The notes under the pieces were generated by a model. The model was given only the letters and a program-made list of their open reading frames with translations. It had not been told where the DNA came from and searched no databases. Shown here one piece after another: positions 1 through 11,205 of a stretch of 32,000 nucleotides of DNA (its first letter is position 1; each line of letters starts with the position of its first letter). This DNA is from Candidatus Saccharimonadota bacterium (GTDB lineage: Bacteria > Pseudomonadota > Gammaproteobacteria > Enterobacterales > Enterobacteriaceae): positions 240,001 through 272,000 of the forward strand of contig NZ_LT667503.1 in NCBI RefSeq assembly GCF_900128735.1, in the 5' to 3' direction. The translations under genes were made by a program, and so were the position numbers.

Positions 1-109
1 AAAAAAATCATACCGACGATAAAAAATATTTTTTTATTCAAAAAAAAACGTATCTTAAAATAAAAATTGACCACATTTTTTTTTAAAAAATAAATTAATT
101 AAGAAAGTT

Positions 110-874
110 TTATTTATTTATAATTTTTATAATTTTTGTAAATTCTTCTAAACATAAAGAGGCTCCACCAATTAAAAATCCATCAATATCATTTTGACAG
201 ATTAACTCTTGAGCATTATTTTTTGTTACTGAACCTCCATATTGAATAAAAAAATTTTTAATTTGATTATTAGACTTACTTTTAATATAGTTTCGTATAA
301 AATGAGATATAATTTGAACTTCTTTAGGCGATGCAGATTGTCCTGACCCTATCGCCCAAATCGGTTCATATGCAACAATGGTATTATTAAATGCATTTTC
401 TCCACATAAATCAAATATTACATCTATTTGTTTTTTACATACTTCCTTTGTTTTTTTCTCTTTATGTTCTTGACTAGTTTCTCCTATGCATAATACTGGT
501 ATGATTTTTTCTTGTTTTAACATATGAAATTTTTTAGCAATTATATGGTTATCTTCATAATGATTTACACGTCTCTCAGAATGACCTATAATAACATAAT
601 GAATTTCTAAATCTTTTAACATAATAGGAGAAATTTCTCCGGTAAAAGGTCCGGAAAAATGTGTATCAACATTCTGCGCGCCTAAAAAAAAATTTGCTTG
701 ATCAGAAGAAAGAATATTTTGAATAAAATTAGTATACAATATAGGGGGTGCGATCACTATGGTACAAACTTTATAATATTTTATAAGAAATTGGTTTAAT
801 GGTTTTAAAATATTTTTAATAAATTTTTTGCTACCATTTAATTTCCAGTTACCGATAATAATTGGTTTAATCAT
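110..874 (-). CDS. tpiA: triosephosphate isomerase
   Basis: ORF 110..886 carries TIM hallmarks: GNWKLNG near the N-terminus, IIGHSERR, AYEPIWAIGSG. The longest ORF starts at GTG 886. ATG 874 aligns with the E. coli N-terminus (MRHPLVMGNWKLNG) and has AAGGTGA 7 nt upstream, so I prefer 874. Confidence 0.95.
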   Translation of the reverse strand: MIKPIIIGNWKLNGSKKFIKNILKPLNQFLIKYYKVCTIVIAPPILYTNFIQNILSSDQANFFLGAQNVDTHFSGPFTGEISPIMLKDLEIHYVIIGHSERRVNHYEDNHIIAKKFHMLKQEKIIPVLCIGETSQEHKEKKTKEVCKKQIDVIFDLCGENAFNNTIVAYEPIWAIGSGQSASPKEVQIISHFIRNYIKSKSNNQIKNFFIQYGGSVTKNNAQELICQNDIDGFLIGGASLCLEEFTKIIKIINK

Positions 875-1012
875 ACTCTTAATCACCTTTCTTTAGCAAT
901 CATTAAAGAAGAGCACTGGATATCCTAATAATTGCTGAACTATAAAATATAAATATTTATAAAATATATTTTATATAAAAATTATAAAAAAATTAATTTT
1001 TTTATTTTCATA

Positions 1013-1300
1013 TTATTTAGAAAAACAATTAGTACGTTCTCGTAATTGTTTTCCCGGTTTAAAATGAGGAACATATTTTCCATTTAAATTTACTTTTTCT
1101 CCTGTTTTCGGATTTCTACCTACACGTGCAAAACGGTAATGTAAAGAAAAACTACCGAATCCTCGGATTTCAATTCGACTTCCTTTTTCTAAGGATAGCG
1201 ACATATATTCTAAAATATCTTTTACAATACATTCAATAATTTTTGCTTGAATATAATTTTTTTTTTCAGTAATTCTTTCAAATAATTCTGATTTATTCAT
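1013..1300 (-). CDS. ihfB: integration host factor subunit beta
   Basis: The 95 aa product is near-collinear with E. coli IhfB: MxKSEL..., [35 protein letters not shown]. Confidence 0.95.
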   Translation of the reverse strand: MNKSELFERITEKKNYIQAKIIECIVKDILEYMSLSLEKGSRIEIRGFGSFSLHYRFARVGRNPKTGEKVNLNGKYVPHFKPGKQLRERTNCFSK

Positions 1301-1382
1301 ATATCCTCTAAATAATTTTTATTGATAATATAAAATCATTATTCAGAAATTTTTTGATTTTTAAAAATATATATAGTTTATA

Positions 1383-2993
1383 TTATTCAGTAATTATACT
1401 GTTTATTTTTAAAAGAGCGTGACTATCATTTGATATATAATGTAAATATACAATTCTATTTTTTTTATCAAATCCAGATATTCTAGCTTGAATTTTCTCT
1501 CCGATATTATTTATTGATAAATATTTTTCTCGATATTCCGCTGGGATATCAATGGTTTTTAAGCACCCTTCTATTCCTCTTTCTAATATTAAAAAAATTA
1601 TTTTCTCTTCAATTAAACGTATAATACCTGATACTATTGTATTTTTTTTATTTTTTGTTATATATATATTAAAAGGATCTTCTGTTAATTGTTTAATACC
1701 TAAAGATATGCGTTCACGCTCTGAATCTACTTGTAAAACAATAGCAGAAATATCATCTCCTTTTTTATATTTTTTTACCGATTTCTCACCAGAGCAATAC
1801 CATGAAAGATCTGATAAGTGTACTAATCCATCAATACCTCCATTTAATCCAATAAAAATACCAAAATCTGTAATAGATTTTATTTTTCCGGAAACAGTAC
1901 AACCCTTTTTATTTTGTTCAGAAAATTGATTCCACGGATTAATTGTGCATTGTTTAATGCCTAACGAAATTCTTCTTCTTTCTTCATCAATATTTAAAAT
2001 AGACACTTGAATGGATTCACCTGATTTTACAACTTTAGAAGGATGAATATTTTTATTAGTCCAATCCATTTCTGATACATGAACTAACCCTTCTACCCCT
2101 TCTTCAATTTCCACAAAACAACCATAATCAGTTAAGTTCGTTACAATACCCTTATGTTTTGTCCCTTCTGGATAACGTTTTTCTAAATTAATCCAGGGAT
2201 CTATACCTAATTGTTTTAAACCTAAAGAAACACGTGTTTTTTCCTGATCAAATTTTAAAATTTTTACGTTTATATCATCGCCTATTTTTACTATCTCATT
2301 AGGATGTTTTACTCTTTTCCATGCCATATCTGTAATATGTAATAAACCATCTACACCTCCTAAATCAATAAAAGCCCCATAATCTGTAAGATTTTTAACA
2401 ATTCCTTGTACCGTATTACCCTCTTGTAAACTATTTAATAATTGATGACGTTCAGCACTATTTTCTGATTCTATCACTGCGCGACGCGAAACCACTACAT
2501 TATTTCTTTTTTGATCTAATTTAATTACTTTAAATTCTAATTCTTTACCCTCTAAATGTATTGTATCTCGAATAGGTCGTATATCAACTAATGATCCTGG
2601 CAAAAATGCTCTGATATCATCTAATTCAACTGTAAAGCCTCCTTTAACTTTTCCATTGATGATTCCTAGTACAGAATTTTTATTTTCATATGCATGTTCT
2701 AATCGTATCCAAGCTTCATGTCTCTTAGCTTTTTCACGAGATAGTATAGTTTCACCAAAACCATCTTCGATAGCATCTAGTGAAACATCTACAAAATCAC
2801 CGATTTTTATTTCAATATGACCTTGTGAGTCTTGAAATTGTTCTAAAGGAACAGAAGATTCAGATTTTAGTCCAGCATCTACTAATACCATATCTTTTTT
2901 TATTGAAATTATTTGCCCTTTAATTATTGAGCCAGGTTTTGTTTTAATATTTTTTAAAGAATCTTGAAATAATTGAGCAAAAGATGTATTCAT
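1383..2993 (-). CDS. rpsA: 30S ribosomal protein S1
   Basis: 536 aa with very high by-eye identity to E. coli S1: SFAQLF..., GLKSES, repeated S1 domains, [47 protein letters not shown]. The last S1 domain is divergent. Confidence 0.97.
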   Translation of the reverse strand: MNTSFAQLFQDSLKNIKTKPGSIIKGQIISIKKDMVLVDAGLKSESSVPLEQFQDSQGHIEIKIGDFVDVSLDAIEDGFGETILSREKAKRHEAWIRLEHAYENKNSVLGIINGKVKGGFTVELDDIRAFLPGSLVDIRPIRDTIHLEGKELEFKVIKLDQKRNNVVVSRRAVIESENSAERHQLLNSLQEGNTVQGIVKNLTDYGAFIDLGGVDGLLHITDMAWKRVKHPNEIVKIGDDINVKILKFDQEKTRVSLGLKQLGIDPWINLEKRYPEGTKHKGIVTNLTDYGCFVEIEEGVEGLVHVSEMDWTNKNIHPSKVVKSGESIQVSILNIDEERRRISLGIKQCTINPWNQFSEQNKKGCTVSGKIKSITDFGIFIGLNGGIDGLVHLSDLSWYCSGEKSVKKYKKGDDISAIVLQVDSERERISLGIKQLTEDPFNIYITKNKKNTIVSGIIRLIEEKIIFLILERGIEGCLKTIDIPAEYREKYLSINNIGEKIQARISGFDKKNRIVYLHYISNDSHALLKINSIITE

Positions 2994-3711
2994 ATAAATA
3001 ATCTTTAAGTTTGTTAAATGAAATATCTATAAAGTTAAATTATATAGACCGTTAAATGTATTTAAAATTAACAGCAATAGAACATGTTAATATTATTTAA
3101 AAAATCAAAAAATATATTTTTTATTTTGTATTATAATAGCAATGGCATAAATCATTATGCAATTATAATTTATCAAATAATTGAATTATTTAAAAAATAA
3201 ATATTTTTATTTAAATAAAAAAATATTTTAAAAATATTCATTCTTTTATTTCTATTCTTATATATATATTTAATATTAATTTTATATGAAAAATTTTTAT
3301 TGTATATAGTAGTATTTTTTATAAGAATCATTTTTTTGTAAAATAGTAAAATAGATATTTTAATTATTTAAAAAATATATAAGAAATTTACTTAATATAT
3401 TAAAAAATATTTATTTTAAATAAAAAATACAGATATTTAATAGGTATTAAAACTTTTTTAATAATTTATATTCATATTTTTTTTATATTGATCAAATCAA
3501 CATTTTTTATCAATTTATCATAAATATTCCAAATAATTTTTTTTTTTATAAATCACTAAAGAAAAAATTTTTTATTATAGATAATCAAAAATTTATCATC
3601 CTTCATATCAATCATGTTTATTATTAGAAATAAATATAAAAAAACTTTTATTAAAAGACATTATTAAAAAATTTGATTTTTTAATTATTAATATTTAAAA
3701 AATCCATATTA

Positions 3712-5010
3712 TTATATTGAATATTTACAAAGAGAATGGAATAATTTAAAGTATTGAGGAAAAGTTTTATTAACACAAGATGGATTTAATAGCGTTACTG
3801 ATACTCCAGACAAAGCAATTAATGAGAAACACATAGCTATACGATGATCATTATATGTATTAATTTTAGCATATAAAAATTTTTTTGGAGCAGATACGAT
3901 AATATAATCATAACCTTCTATTACATTCGCCCCCACTTTTTTTAATTCTTTAGCCATAGCATATAAACGATCTGTTTCTTTGACGCGCCAATTATAAATA
4001 TTTTTAATATATACAGGAGTTTTGGAAAATAAACCCAGCATAGCTATTGTCATAGCAGCATCTGGGATATGATTACAATCAATTTTAATACCTTTTAAAA
4101 TATTTTTTTTACAAATAATCGAGTTATCTTTCCAGGTAATATCCGCACCCATTTCACATAAAACTTCCGCAAATTTTACGTCTCCTTGAATACTGTCTTT
4201 CTTCATTCCTTGTATGCGTACTTCTCCACCTTTTATTGCGGCCGCTGCTAAAAAATATGTAGCAGAAGAAGTATCATTTTCAATATGATAACATCCCGGT
4301 GTAATATATTTTTGATTACCAAGAATTTTAAATTTTTTATAATGAACACAATGCTCAATCGTGACACCAAAAATTTTCATTAATTGTATAGTTAAATTAA
4401 TATACGGTTGTGATACTAATGTTCCTCGCACTTTAATTTTTGTATTTTTTACTGCTAATGGAGCCATCATTAATAATGCACTTAAGAATTGACTAGAAAT
4501 AGTACCATCAACTGTAATAGATCCGCCAATATAACCACCTTTTACTATGATAGGAGGAAAATTTTTATTTTGTAAGTATGTAATATCAGCTCCACCTTGA
4601 CATAACGCATCTACTAAATGATGAATCGGTCTTTCGTGCATTCTTTTTTCACCAGTTAAAATGATATTATTTTTATGTATCGATAATGCAGCCAATAATG
4701 GCCTCATAGCTGTCCCGGCATTTCCTAAAAATAATGATATTTTCTGATTACATGATAACGCTTGACCTATTCCATGAATAGTATAAGATTTCTGATTATG
4801 ATTAAAATCATATACAATATTGAGTTTTTTTAATGCGCATAACATATATTTAACGTCGTCACTAGACAATAAATTAAATAATGTTGTTTTTCCTATACAC
4901 ATAGCTGATAAAAGTAAAACACGATTTGAAATACTTTTGGATCCTGGTAAATCCATAATATTTCCAGAAATATGTTGAATAGGTTGTAAAGTTAGTTGAT
5001 TTTGTTCCAT
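3712..5010 (-). CDS. aroA: 3-phosphoshikimate 1-carboxyvinyltransferase (EPSP synthase)
   Basis: Motifs LPGSKSISNRVLLL and LGNAGTAMRPL. The ORF track starts at ATG 5019, but E. coli AroA begins MESLTLQPI, which aligns with MEQNQLTLQPI at ATG 5010. The upstream AAGGT is too close to 5019. Confidence 0.94.
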   Translation of the reverse strand: MEQNQLTLQPIQHISGNIMDLPGSKSISNRVLLLSAMCIGKTTLFNLLSSDDVKYMLCALKKLNIVYDFNHNQKSYTIHGIGQALSCNQKISLFLGNAGTAMRPLLAALSIHKNNIILTGEKRMHERPIHHLVDALCQGGADITYLQNKNFPPIIVKGGYIGGSITVDGTISSQFLSALLMMAPLAVKNTKIKVRGTLVSQPYINLTIQLMKIFGVTIEHCVHYKKFKILGNQKYITPGCYHIENDTSSATYFLAAAAIKGGEVRIQGMKKDSIQGDVKFAEVLCEMGADITWKDNSIICKKNILKGIKIDCNHIPDAAMTIAMLGLFSKTPVYIKNIYNWRVKETDRLYAMAKELKKVGANVIEGYDYIIVSAPKKFLYAKINTYNDHRIAMCFSLIALSGVSVTLLNPSCVNKTFPQYFKLFHSLCKYSI

Positions 5011-5077
5011 AAATATCATTTACCTTAATTATATTATTCTAATGATTAAGTGATTTTTAAACCTTTGACGCTCAAAG

Positions 5078-6166
5078 TTATCCAAATTTTTTCTCAAATA
5101 TGCGCATAAATCTAATTAATGTTTCTACGCCTTTCAGTGGCATGGCATTATAAATTGAAGCTCTTAAGCCGCCTACAACAGAATGCCCTTTTAATCCCCA
5201 TAATCCAATTTTTTGCGCCTCTTTTATAAAAAGATCAGTTAATTTTTTTATTTTTAAATGAAAAATAACATTCATACGAGATCTATGACTATGCTTAATA
5301 GAATTTTTATAAAAATCAGTTGTATCGATATATTGATATAATATTTTAGCTTTTTTTTTATTTAACTCCTCTAATTTAGATATACCACCTTTTTTTTTCA
5401 TCCATTTTAAAACTAACCCCGCGGCATACCAAGAAAAAGTTGTCGGAGTATTAAACATAGATTTTGTTTGCGCTAAAAGTGAATAATTAAAAATTGATGG
5501 TATAGATTTTTTTTTATTATTTAATAAATTTTTATTTACTATAACAATAGTAATCCCAGCAGGACCAATATTTTTTTGCGCACAAGCATATATTATGCCA
5601 TATTTTTTGATATCAATTTTACGAGAAAATAATGTGGATGAAAAATCACCAACAAAAACTTTATTTTTTATCTGAGGTTCTTCAAAAATTTCTAAGCCTT
5701 CAAGTGTTTCATTCGGACAATAATGTACGTATGTATAAAAACTAGATAACTTCCAATTATTCATATTTTCTACATATTTTTTTTTTGAAGAAGATAGTTT
5801 TTGTACATTAATAATATTAGGTTTGCAATATTTTTGAGCTTCTAAAATAGCATTATATGACCAAAAGCCACTATTTATATAATCTGGTTTTGGAAAATCT
5901 GTTAATAAATTCATTGGCACAGCTGAAAATTGTCCTCTAGCTCCACCGTGACAAAATAAAACATGATAATCTTTTGGAACATTTAAAAGATCTCGTAAAT
6001 CTTGTTCAATAATGATTGTATTTTTTGTAAATATATCACTACGATGACTAATTTCGGTGATAGATAAACCAATCTTTTTCCAATTCAGAAACTCCTTTTT
6101 TATTTTTTCTAACACATCGCCTGGTAACATTGCTGGACCTGCGCTAAAATTATATACTTTAATCAT
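5078..6166 (-). CDS. serC: phosphoserine aminotransferase
   Basis: 362 aa. N-terminus YNFSAGPAMLP and FCHGGARGQF match E. coli SerC. Sits in the conserved serC-aroA operon arrangement. Confidence 0.95.
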   Translation of the reverse strand: MIKVYNFSAGPAMLPGDVLEKIKKEFLNWKKIGLSITEISHRSDIFTKNTIIIEQDLRDLLNVPKDYHVLFCHGGARGQFSAVPMNLLTDFPKPDYINSGFWSYNAILEAQKYCKPNIINVQKLSSSKKKYVENMNNWKLSSFYTYVHYCPNETLEGLEIFEEPQIKNKVFVGDFSSTLFSRKIDIKKYGIIYACAQKNIGPAGITIVIVNKNLLNNKKKSIPSIFNYSLLAQTKSMFNTPTTFSWYAAGLVLKWMKKKGGISKLEELNKKKAKILYQYIDTTDFYKNSIKHSHRSRMNVIFHLKIKKLTDLFIKEAQKIGLWGLKGHSVVGGLRASIYNAMPLKGVETLIRFMRIFEKKFG

Positions 6167-6293
6167 ATTACCACCGATTTTTATATATTTGTGATTAATT
6201 TATTGAATGATTTATATATCTTTATTATTTATTAAAACTAAATATTTATATATACAATTATATATTTTTTTTTAATTTTTAATTTTTTGTTTA

Positions 6294-7589
6294 TTATTTC
6301 AGCATTTTCATACCATTCATATAAGGAGTTCTTAATATTTTTGGGATAATAACACTCCCATCTGAACATTGAAAATTTTCTAAAATAGCAGCTAAAGTAC
6401 GACCTACAGCTAAACCAGAACCATTCAAAGTATGTAAAAAATTATTTTTTTTTGTTTTTTTATTTTGATATCGCGCTTTTATTCGTCTTGACTGAAAATC
6501 GCCTATCATAGAACATGAAGAAATTTCACGATAACAATTTTGTGAAGGAAACCAAACTTCTAAATCATATGTTTTCTGAGCAGAAAAACCGAGATCTCCA
6601 GTACAAAGAAGAACTTTTCTATAAGGTAGTTTCAGTAATTTTAATATATATTCCGCATGTTTTGTTAAAATTTCAAAACTCTCTTCAGATTTTTCAGGAT
6701 GTACAATTTGAATTATTTCAACTTTTTCAAACTGATGATTCCTGATTAAACCTTGTTGATTTTTCCCATATGTGGCAGATTCAGCGCGAAAACAAGCGCT
6801 TAAAGCTACATACTTAATAGGTAATAACTCAGATAATATTATTTTATTTTTTATTAAATTAATTAAAGGTACTTCAGCTGTGGGAATTAAAAAACGTTTG
6901 GTATTGTTAAGATTTTGAGTTATTTTACTTACATAAAATAACTCTTTCTCAAACTTTGGTAATTGCCCTGTACCATACATACAACTTTTTTTTACTATAT
7001 TAGGAACGTAAACTTCCTGATATCCATGTTTTTCTGTATGAATATCTATCATAAATTGTCCTAATGCTCGATGTAATTTAGCTAACGCACCTTTTATAAC
7101 GGTATAACCAGAACCAGAGATAGTTGCAGCTTCCTGCCAATTAAATCCATTTATTTTATTACCAATATTAATATGATTTTTAATCGAAAAATTATATTTT
7201 TTGATATGCCCCCAACGACTAATTTCTTGATTATTTTTTTCATTTTTTCCATCAGGAGTATCTAATGATGGTAAATTAGGAATATTTGATAAAAAAAAAT
7301 TTATTTTATTTTGTATGCAGTTTAATTTTTTTTTCAATAACGATAAAATTGTTCTTGATTCAATTAATTGATTTTTAAAAATATCAATGTTATTATACAA
7401 TTTACTTCGATAAAGAATATATTTAGATAATTTTTTATGTTCTGAGCGTAAAGATTCACAATCATTTTGCAAATTTTTTCTTTTATTCTCTAAAATAGAA
7501 ATTTTTTGAATATCTAAAATAAAATTTCTTCTTTTCAATTGTTCATAAAAATACTGATAATTATTTTTCATAAAATTAAAATCTAACAT
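6294..7589 (-). CDS. serS: serine--tRNA ligase
   Basis: 431 aa. N-terminus MLDxNxxxN, class II motifs FRAE..YGKNQQGLIRNHQFEKVE and LNGSGLAVGRTLAAILENFQ. Confidence 0.96.
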   Translation of the reverse strand: MLDFNFMKNNYQYFYEQLKRRNFILDIQKISILENKRKNLQNDCESLRSEHKKLSKYILYRSKLYNNIDIFKNQLIESRTILSLLKKKLNCIQNKINFFLSNIPNLPSLDTPDGKNEKNNQEISRWGHIKKYNFSIKNHINIGNKINGFNWQEAATISGSGYTVIKGALAKLHRALGQFMIDIHTEKHGYQEVYVPNIVKKSCMYGTGQLPKFEKELFYVSKITQNLNNTKRFLIPTAEVPLINLIKNKIILSELLPIKYVALSACFRAESATYGKNQQGLIRNHQFEKVEIIQIVHPEKSEESFEILTKHAEYILKLLKLPYRKVLLCTGDLGFSAQKTYDLEVWFPSQNCYREISSCSMIGDFQSRRIKARYQNKKTKKNNFLHTLNGSGLAVGRTLAAILENFQCSDGSVIIPKILRTPYMNGMKMLK

Positions 7590-8025
7590 ATAGTGGATAA
7601 TCTTTAGGTTTATTATAGTTATTAAAAAAAGAGAACAAAAAAAAAAATAGCGATAAAAATTTTTATTTCTATCATGATATTAAATACAAAGTATAATAAA
7701 TTAAATTTTCTTTTATCAAAAAATATTACTATACTCTTAAATAAATATTTTAATATCATTTAAATTTTATTTTTTTCTTAAAAAATAAAATGTTCTACTC
7801 ACGAGTAAATAAGAAAATAAAAAAAATATATAGAAAGTATTCTATACTAATGCGTTTAATAATATTTTTATAAAACACCTACAAAAACAATTTATTTATT
7901 ATATAAATATAAAACTGATTTAATAACTATTCTCTATTATTCGAATAGTTTTATGAATTCACTTATCAATTATCCGTTAAAATTTTTTTTAACTGATAAT
8001 TTTAACTATATATTGGTAGCATGAT

Positions 8026-8991
8026 ATGTCTAAATTGTCAAAAATATATACTAGTTTAATTATTATTGGTGCGGGACCCGCCGGATATACAGCCGCCATT
8101 TATGCGGCGCGAGCTAATCTAAAAACAATACTAATTACTGGATCTGAACCAGGTGGACAATTGTTAAACACTAACGCCATAGAAAATTGGCCTGGTGAAT
8201 ATCATAATATCAGTGGAATTAATTTAATGAATAATATGTTAAAACATGTTCAAAAATTTCCTATTCATATTATAAATGACACCATTATTAATGTGAATTT
8301 TATAAAACGTCCATTTATAATGTATGGAGAAAAAAAAAATTATTCCTCTGACGCAGTAATTATTGCTACTGGTGCCTCACCAAGATATTTAAATATTCCA
8401 TCAGAAACATTATATAAATCTCGTGGTGGAATTTCAACTTGTGCAATATGCGATGGTTTTTTTTATAAAAATAAATCAGTTGCTATAATTGGAGGTGGAA
8501 ATTCTGCATTAGAAGAAGCCTTATTTTTATCTAATATTACAAAAACTATATACATTATTCATCGTAAAAAAAAATTTACTGCGGACAAAATTTTAATTTC
8601 AAGAATTATGGAAAAAGTTAAATTAAAAAAAATTATTTTATATATGTCGTATATAGTTAATGAAATTTTAGGTGATCATTTAGGTGTAACAGGAATTAGA
8701 ATTAATTCTTTAAAAAATAATATTTTACTAAATGTTTTTGGAATATTTATAGCAATTGGCCATATACCGAATTCAAATATTTTTCTAAATCAATTAGAAA
8801 CAAAAAATAATTTTATACAAATTAACAAAAATAATACCGAGCATCATTTTCAAACACAAACAAGTATTCCGGGTATTTTTGCTGCCGGAGATGTAACTGA
8901 CCATATCTACCGACAAGCAATTACAGCTTCTTCTTCCGGATGTATGGCTGCAATAGATGCAGAAAAATATATAAGCAGTTTAATAAGATAA
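8026..8991 (+). CDS. trxB: thioredoxin reductase
   Basis: 321 aa. FAD site GAGPAGYTAAIYAARA, redox CAICDG (E. coli CATCDG), NADPH site GGGNSALEEA, C-terminal AAGDV.DHIYRQAIT. Confidence 0.96.
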   Translation: MSKLSKIYTSLIIIGAGPAGYTAAIYAARANLKTILITGSEPGGQLLNTNAIENWPGEYHNISGINLMNNMLKHVQKFPIHIINDTIINVNFIKRPFIMYGEKKNYSSDAVIIATGASPRYLNIPSETLYKSRGGISTCAICDGFFYKNKSVAIIGGGNSALEEALFLSNITKTIYIIHRKKKFTADKILISRIMEKVKLKKIILYMSYIVNEILGDHLGVTGIRINSLKNNILLNVFGIFIAIGHIPNSNIFLNQLETKNNFIQINKNNTEHHFQTQTSIPGIFAAGDVTDHIYRQAITASSSGCMAAIDAEKYISSLIR

Positions 8992-9064
8992 TTACTATTT
9001 ACTACTAGATCAATAAATTTGTATAATTTAAAAAAAATTTATTGAATAAAAAATAGGAAAAAAA

Positions 9065-9280
9065 ATGAAAGAAGAAAATATAGAAATGCAAGGCGTTGTA
9101 ATTGATACATTACCTAATACAACATTTCGAGTGGAATTAGAAAATAAACACGTGGTTACAGCACATATTTCTGGAAAAATGCGAAAAAATTATATTAGGA
9201 TTTTAACCGGAGATAAAGTAACTGTAGAATTAACGCCATATGACGTAAGTAAAGGACGTATTATTTTTAGAAGTCGATAA
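9065..9280 (+). CDS. infA: translation initiation factor IF-1
   Basis: 71 aa, almost identical by eye to E. coli InfA: NIEMQG...[52 protein letters not shown]. Confidence 0.97.
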   Translation: MKEENIEMQGVVIDTLPNTTFRVELENKHVVTAHISGKMRKNYIRILTGDKVTVELTPYDVSKGRIIFRSR

Positions 9281-9379
9281 ATTATTGATGATATATTTTT
9301 TTTAATATAAAAATATTATAAAATTTTTAATGCAAATTAGATAATTTTAAGTTTTTATATCATAAATTTTGGAAATATT

Positions 9380-11086
9380 ATGCGAACAAAATATTGTAAA
9401 GAACTAACGGTATCACATATTAATCAAGAAGTAAAATTGTGTGGCTGGGTTAATCAAAAGAGAAGTTTAGGAAATTTAATTTTTATTGATATAAGAGATA
9501 TCACAGGTATAGTACAAATTATATTTAATCCTAAATATCATATAAATTTTGAAAAAGCGCGTTTATTAAGAAATGATTTTTGTATTCAAGTAAAAGGTTT
9601 AATCACTTTAAAAAAACAAAAAAATAAGGAATATAAAAATATTATAGAAGTGATTTCTTTTCAATTAAAAATTTTTAATACAACATTACCTATACCATTA
9701 GATTATACTAAAAATAATAAAGAAGATATAAGATTTAAATTTCGATATTTGGATTTACGTCGCGATGTTATGATAAATAACTTAAAAAAAAGACATCAAA
9801 GTATTATACTTATAAGAAATTTTTTAGAAAAAAGAAAATTTTTAGAAATAGATACTCCTATCCTAACAAAATCAACTCCAGAGGGAGCTACTGATTATCT
9901 AGTAAAAAGTCGTTTATATTTAAATAAGTTTTATGCTCTTCCACAATCACCACAATTATTTAAACAACTATTAATGATTGCGGGAATTGATAAATATTAT
10001 CAAATCGCTAAATGTTTTAGAGATGAAGATTTAAGATCTGACCGACAACCAGAATTTACGCAAGTTGACATTGAAGTCTCATTTATGAATCCAAAAAAAT
10101 TTCAAAAAATTATTAAAAATCTTATTCAGAATTTATGGTTATCAATTAAAAAAAACCCTTTAGAAAAATTTGAAACTATAACTTATCATCATAGTTTATT
10201 GAAATATGGAACAGATAAACCAGATTTACGTAATCCAATAATATTAATTGATATCTATGATTTATCTTCTCAATTTTTAAAAGAAATTTTTCCAAAATTA
10301 AATAGTAAACTCAATAATCGTATAGTATCTATAAATATGCCTAACGGTATTTCATTAATTACATTAACTAATATAAAAAAATATAAAAAAATATTAAAAA
10401 AATGTGGTATTAAAAATTATATATTTGTTAATCAATTAAATAATAATATATATCTAAAAGAAAAAAATATTTTTTTTAATACTAAAAAACATATCAATGT
10501 TTTCAACAATATCTTTTTACATGCGAAATCTGGCAATAAAGATATTTTATTACTTGCAATAGGAGAAACCAATAAAATAAATACTTGTATGAGTATTATA
10601 AGAGAAAATATTGGACGAGATCTGAGAGTTATTAATTTTAAAAAATTTTGTCCTGTTTGGGTGATAGACTTTCCTATGTTTATAATAAACGAAAATAATC
10701 AAATGGTTTCTGTACATCATCCTTTTACAGCGCCAAAAAATAATAAAAATCAAATCCTACTTGAAAAAAAACCTCTAAAAAGCATATCCAGTGCATTTGA
10801 TTTAGTAATCAATGGTTATGAAATCGGTGGTGGTTCAACAAGAATACATAATTATGCTTTACAAATCAGTATTTTTAATTTATTAAAAATTAACAAAAAT
10901 CAACAAGAAAAAAATTTTGGATTTTTTCTTAATGCATTAAAATATGGTGCACCACCACATATTGGTATGGCTTTAGGATTGGATCGTATTATAATGTTAT
11001 TAACGGAAAATACTACTATAAAAAACGTTATAGCATTTCCAAAAACACACTCTGCAACCTGTTTAATGACAGGGGCTCCGAATTAA
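9380..11086 (+). CDS. aspS: aspartate--tRNA ligase
   Basis: 568 aa. Motifs FRDEDLRSDRQPEFTQVDIE, HHPFTAP, GGGSTRIH and GLDRIIMLL are typical of bacterial AspRS. Confidence 0.96.
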   Translation: MRTKYCKELTVSHINQEVKLCGWVNQKRSLGNLIFIDIRDITGIVQIIFNPKYHINFEKARLLRNDFCIQVKGLITLKKQKNKEYKNIIEVISFQLKIFNTTLPIPLDYTKNNKEDIRFKFRYLDLRRDVMINNLKKRHQSIILIRNFLEKRKFLEIDTPILTKSTPEGATDYLVKSRLYLNKFYALPQSPQLFKQLLMIAGIDKYYQIAKCFRDEDLRSDRQPEFTQVDIEVSFMNPKKFQKIIKNLIQNLWLSIKKNPLEKFETITYHHSLLKYGTDKPDLRNPIILIDIYDLSSQFLKEIFPKLNSKLNNRIVSINMPNGISLITLTNIKKYKKILKKCGIKNYIFVNQLNNNIYLKEKNIFFNTKKHINVFNNIFLHAKSGNKDILLLAIGETNKINTCMSIIRENIGRDLRVINFKKFCPVWVIDFPMFIINENNQMVSVHHPFTAPKNNKNQILLEKKPLKSISSAFDLVINGYEIGGGSTRIHNYALQISIFNLLKINKNQQEKNFGFFLNALKYGAPPHIGMALGLDRIIMLLTENTTIKNVIAFPKTHSATCLMTGAPN

Positions 11087-11205
11087 TTGAATAAAAAATT
11101 GAAAATAAAATAATTCATTAATTTTTTTTTACATAAAATATATAAAAATATTTTTTAATATTTTTAATATATAAAATCAAATTGTTTTTTTATATAAAGG
11201 AAAAT

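Noticed and set aside
1-11. Possible ATG (complement of 9-11) starting a leftward gene at the window edge
   Set aside because: Only about 3 codons fall inside the window, so this cannot be supported.
1552-1929. 125-aa ORF on the plus strand
   Set aside because: It lies entirely antisense within the strongly conserved rpsA. Its composition is low-complexity and it has no recognisable motifs. It is a typical shadow ORF.
6515-6745. 76-aa ORF on the plus strand
   Set aside because: Antisense inside serS, with no homology signal. Shadow ORF.
10550-10753. 67-aa ORF on the minus strand
   Set aside because: Antisense inside aspS. Shadow ORF.
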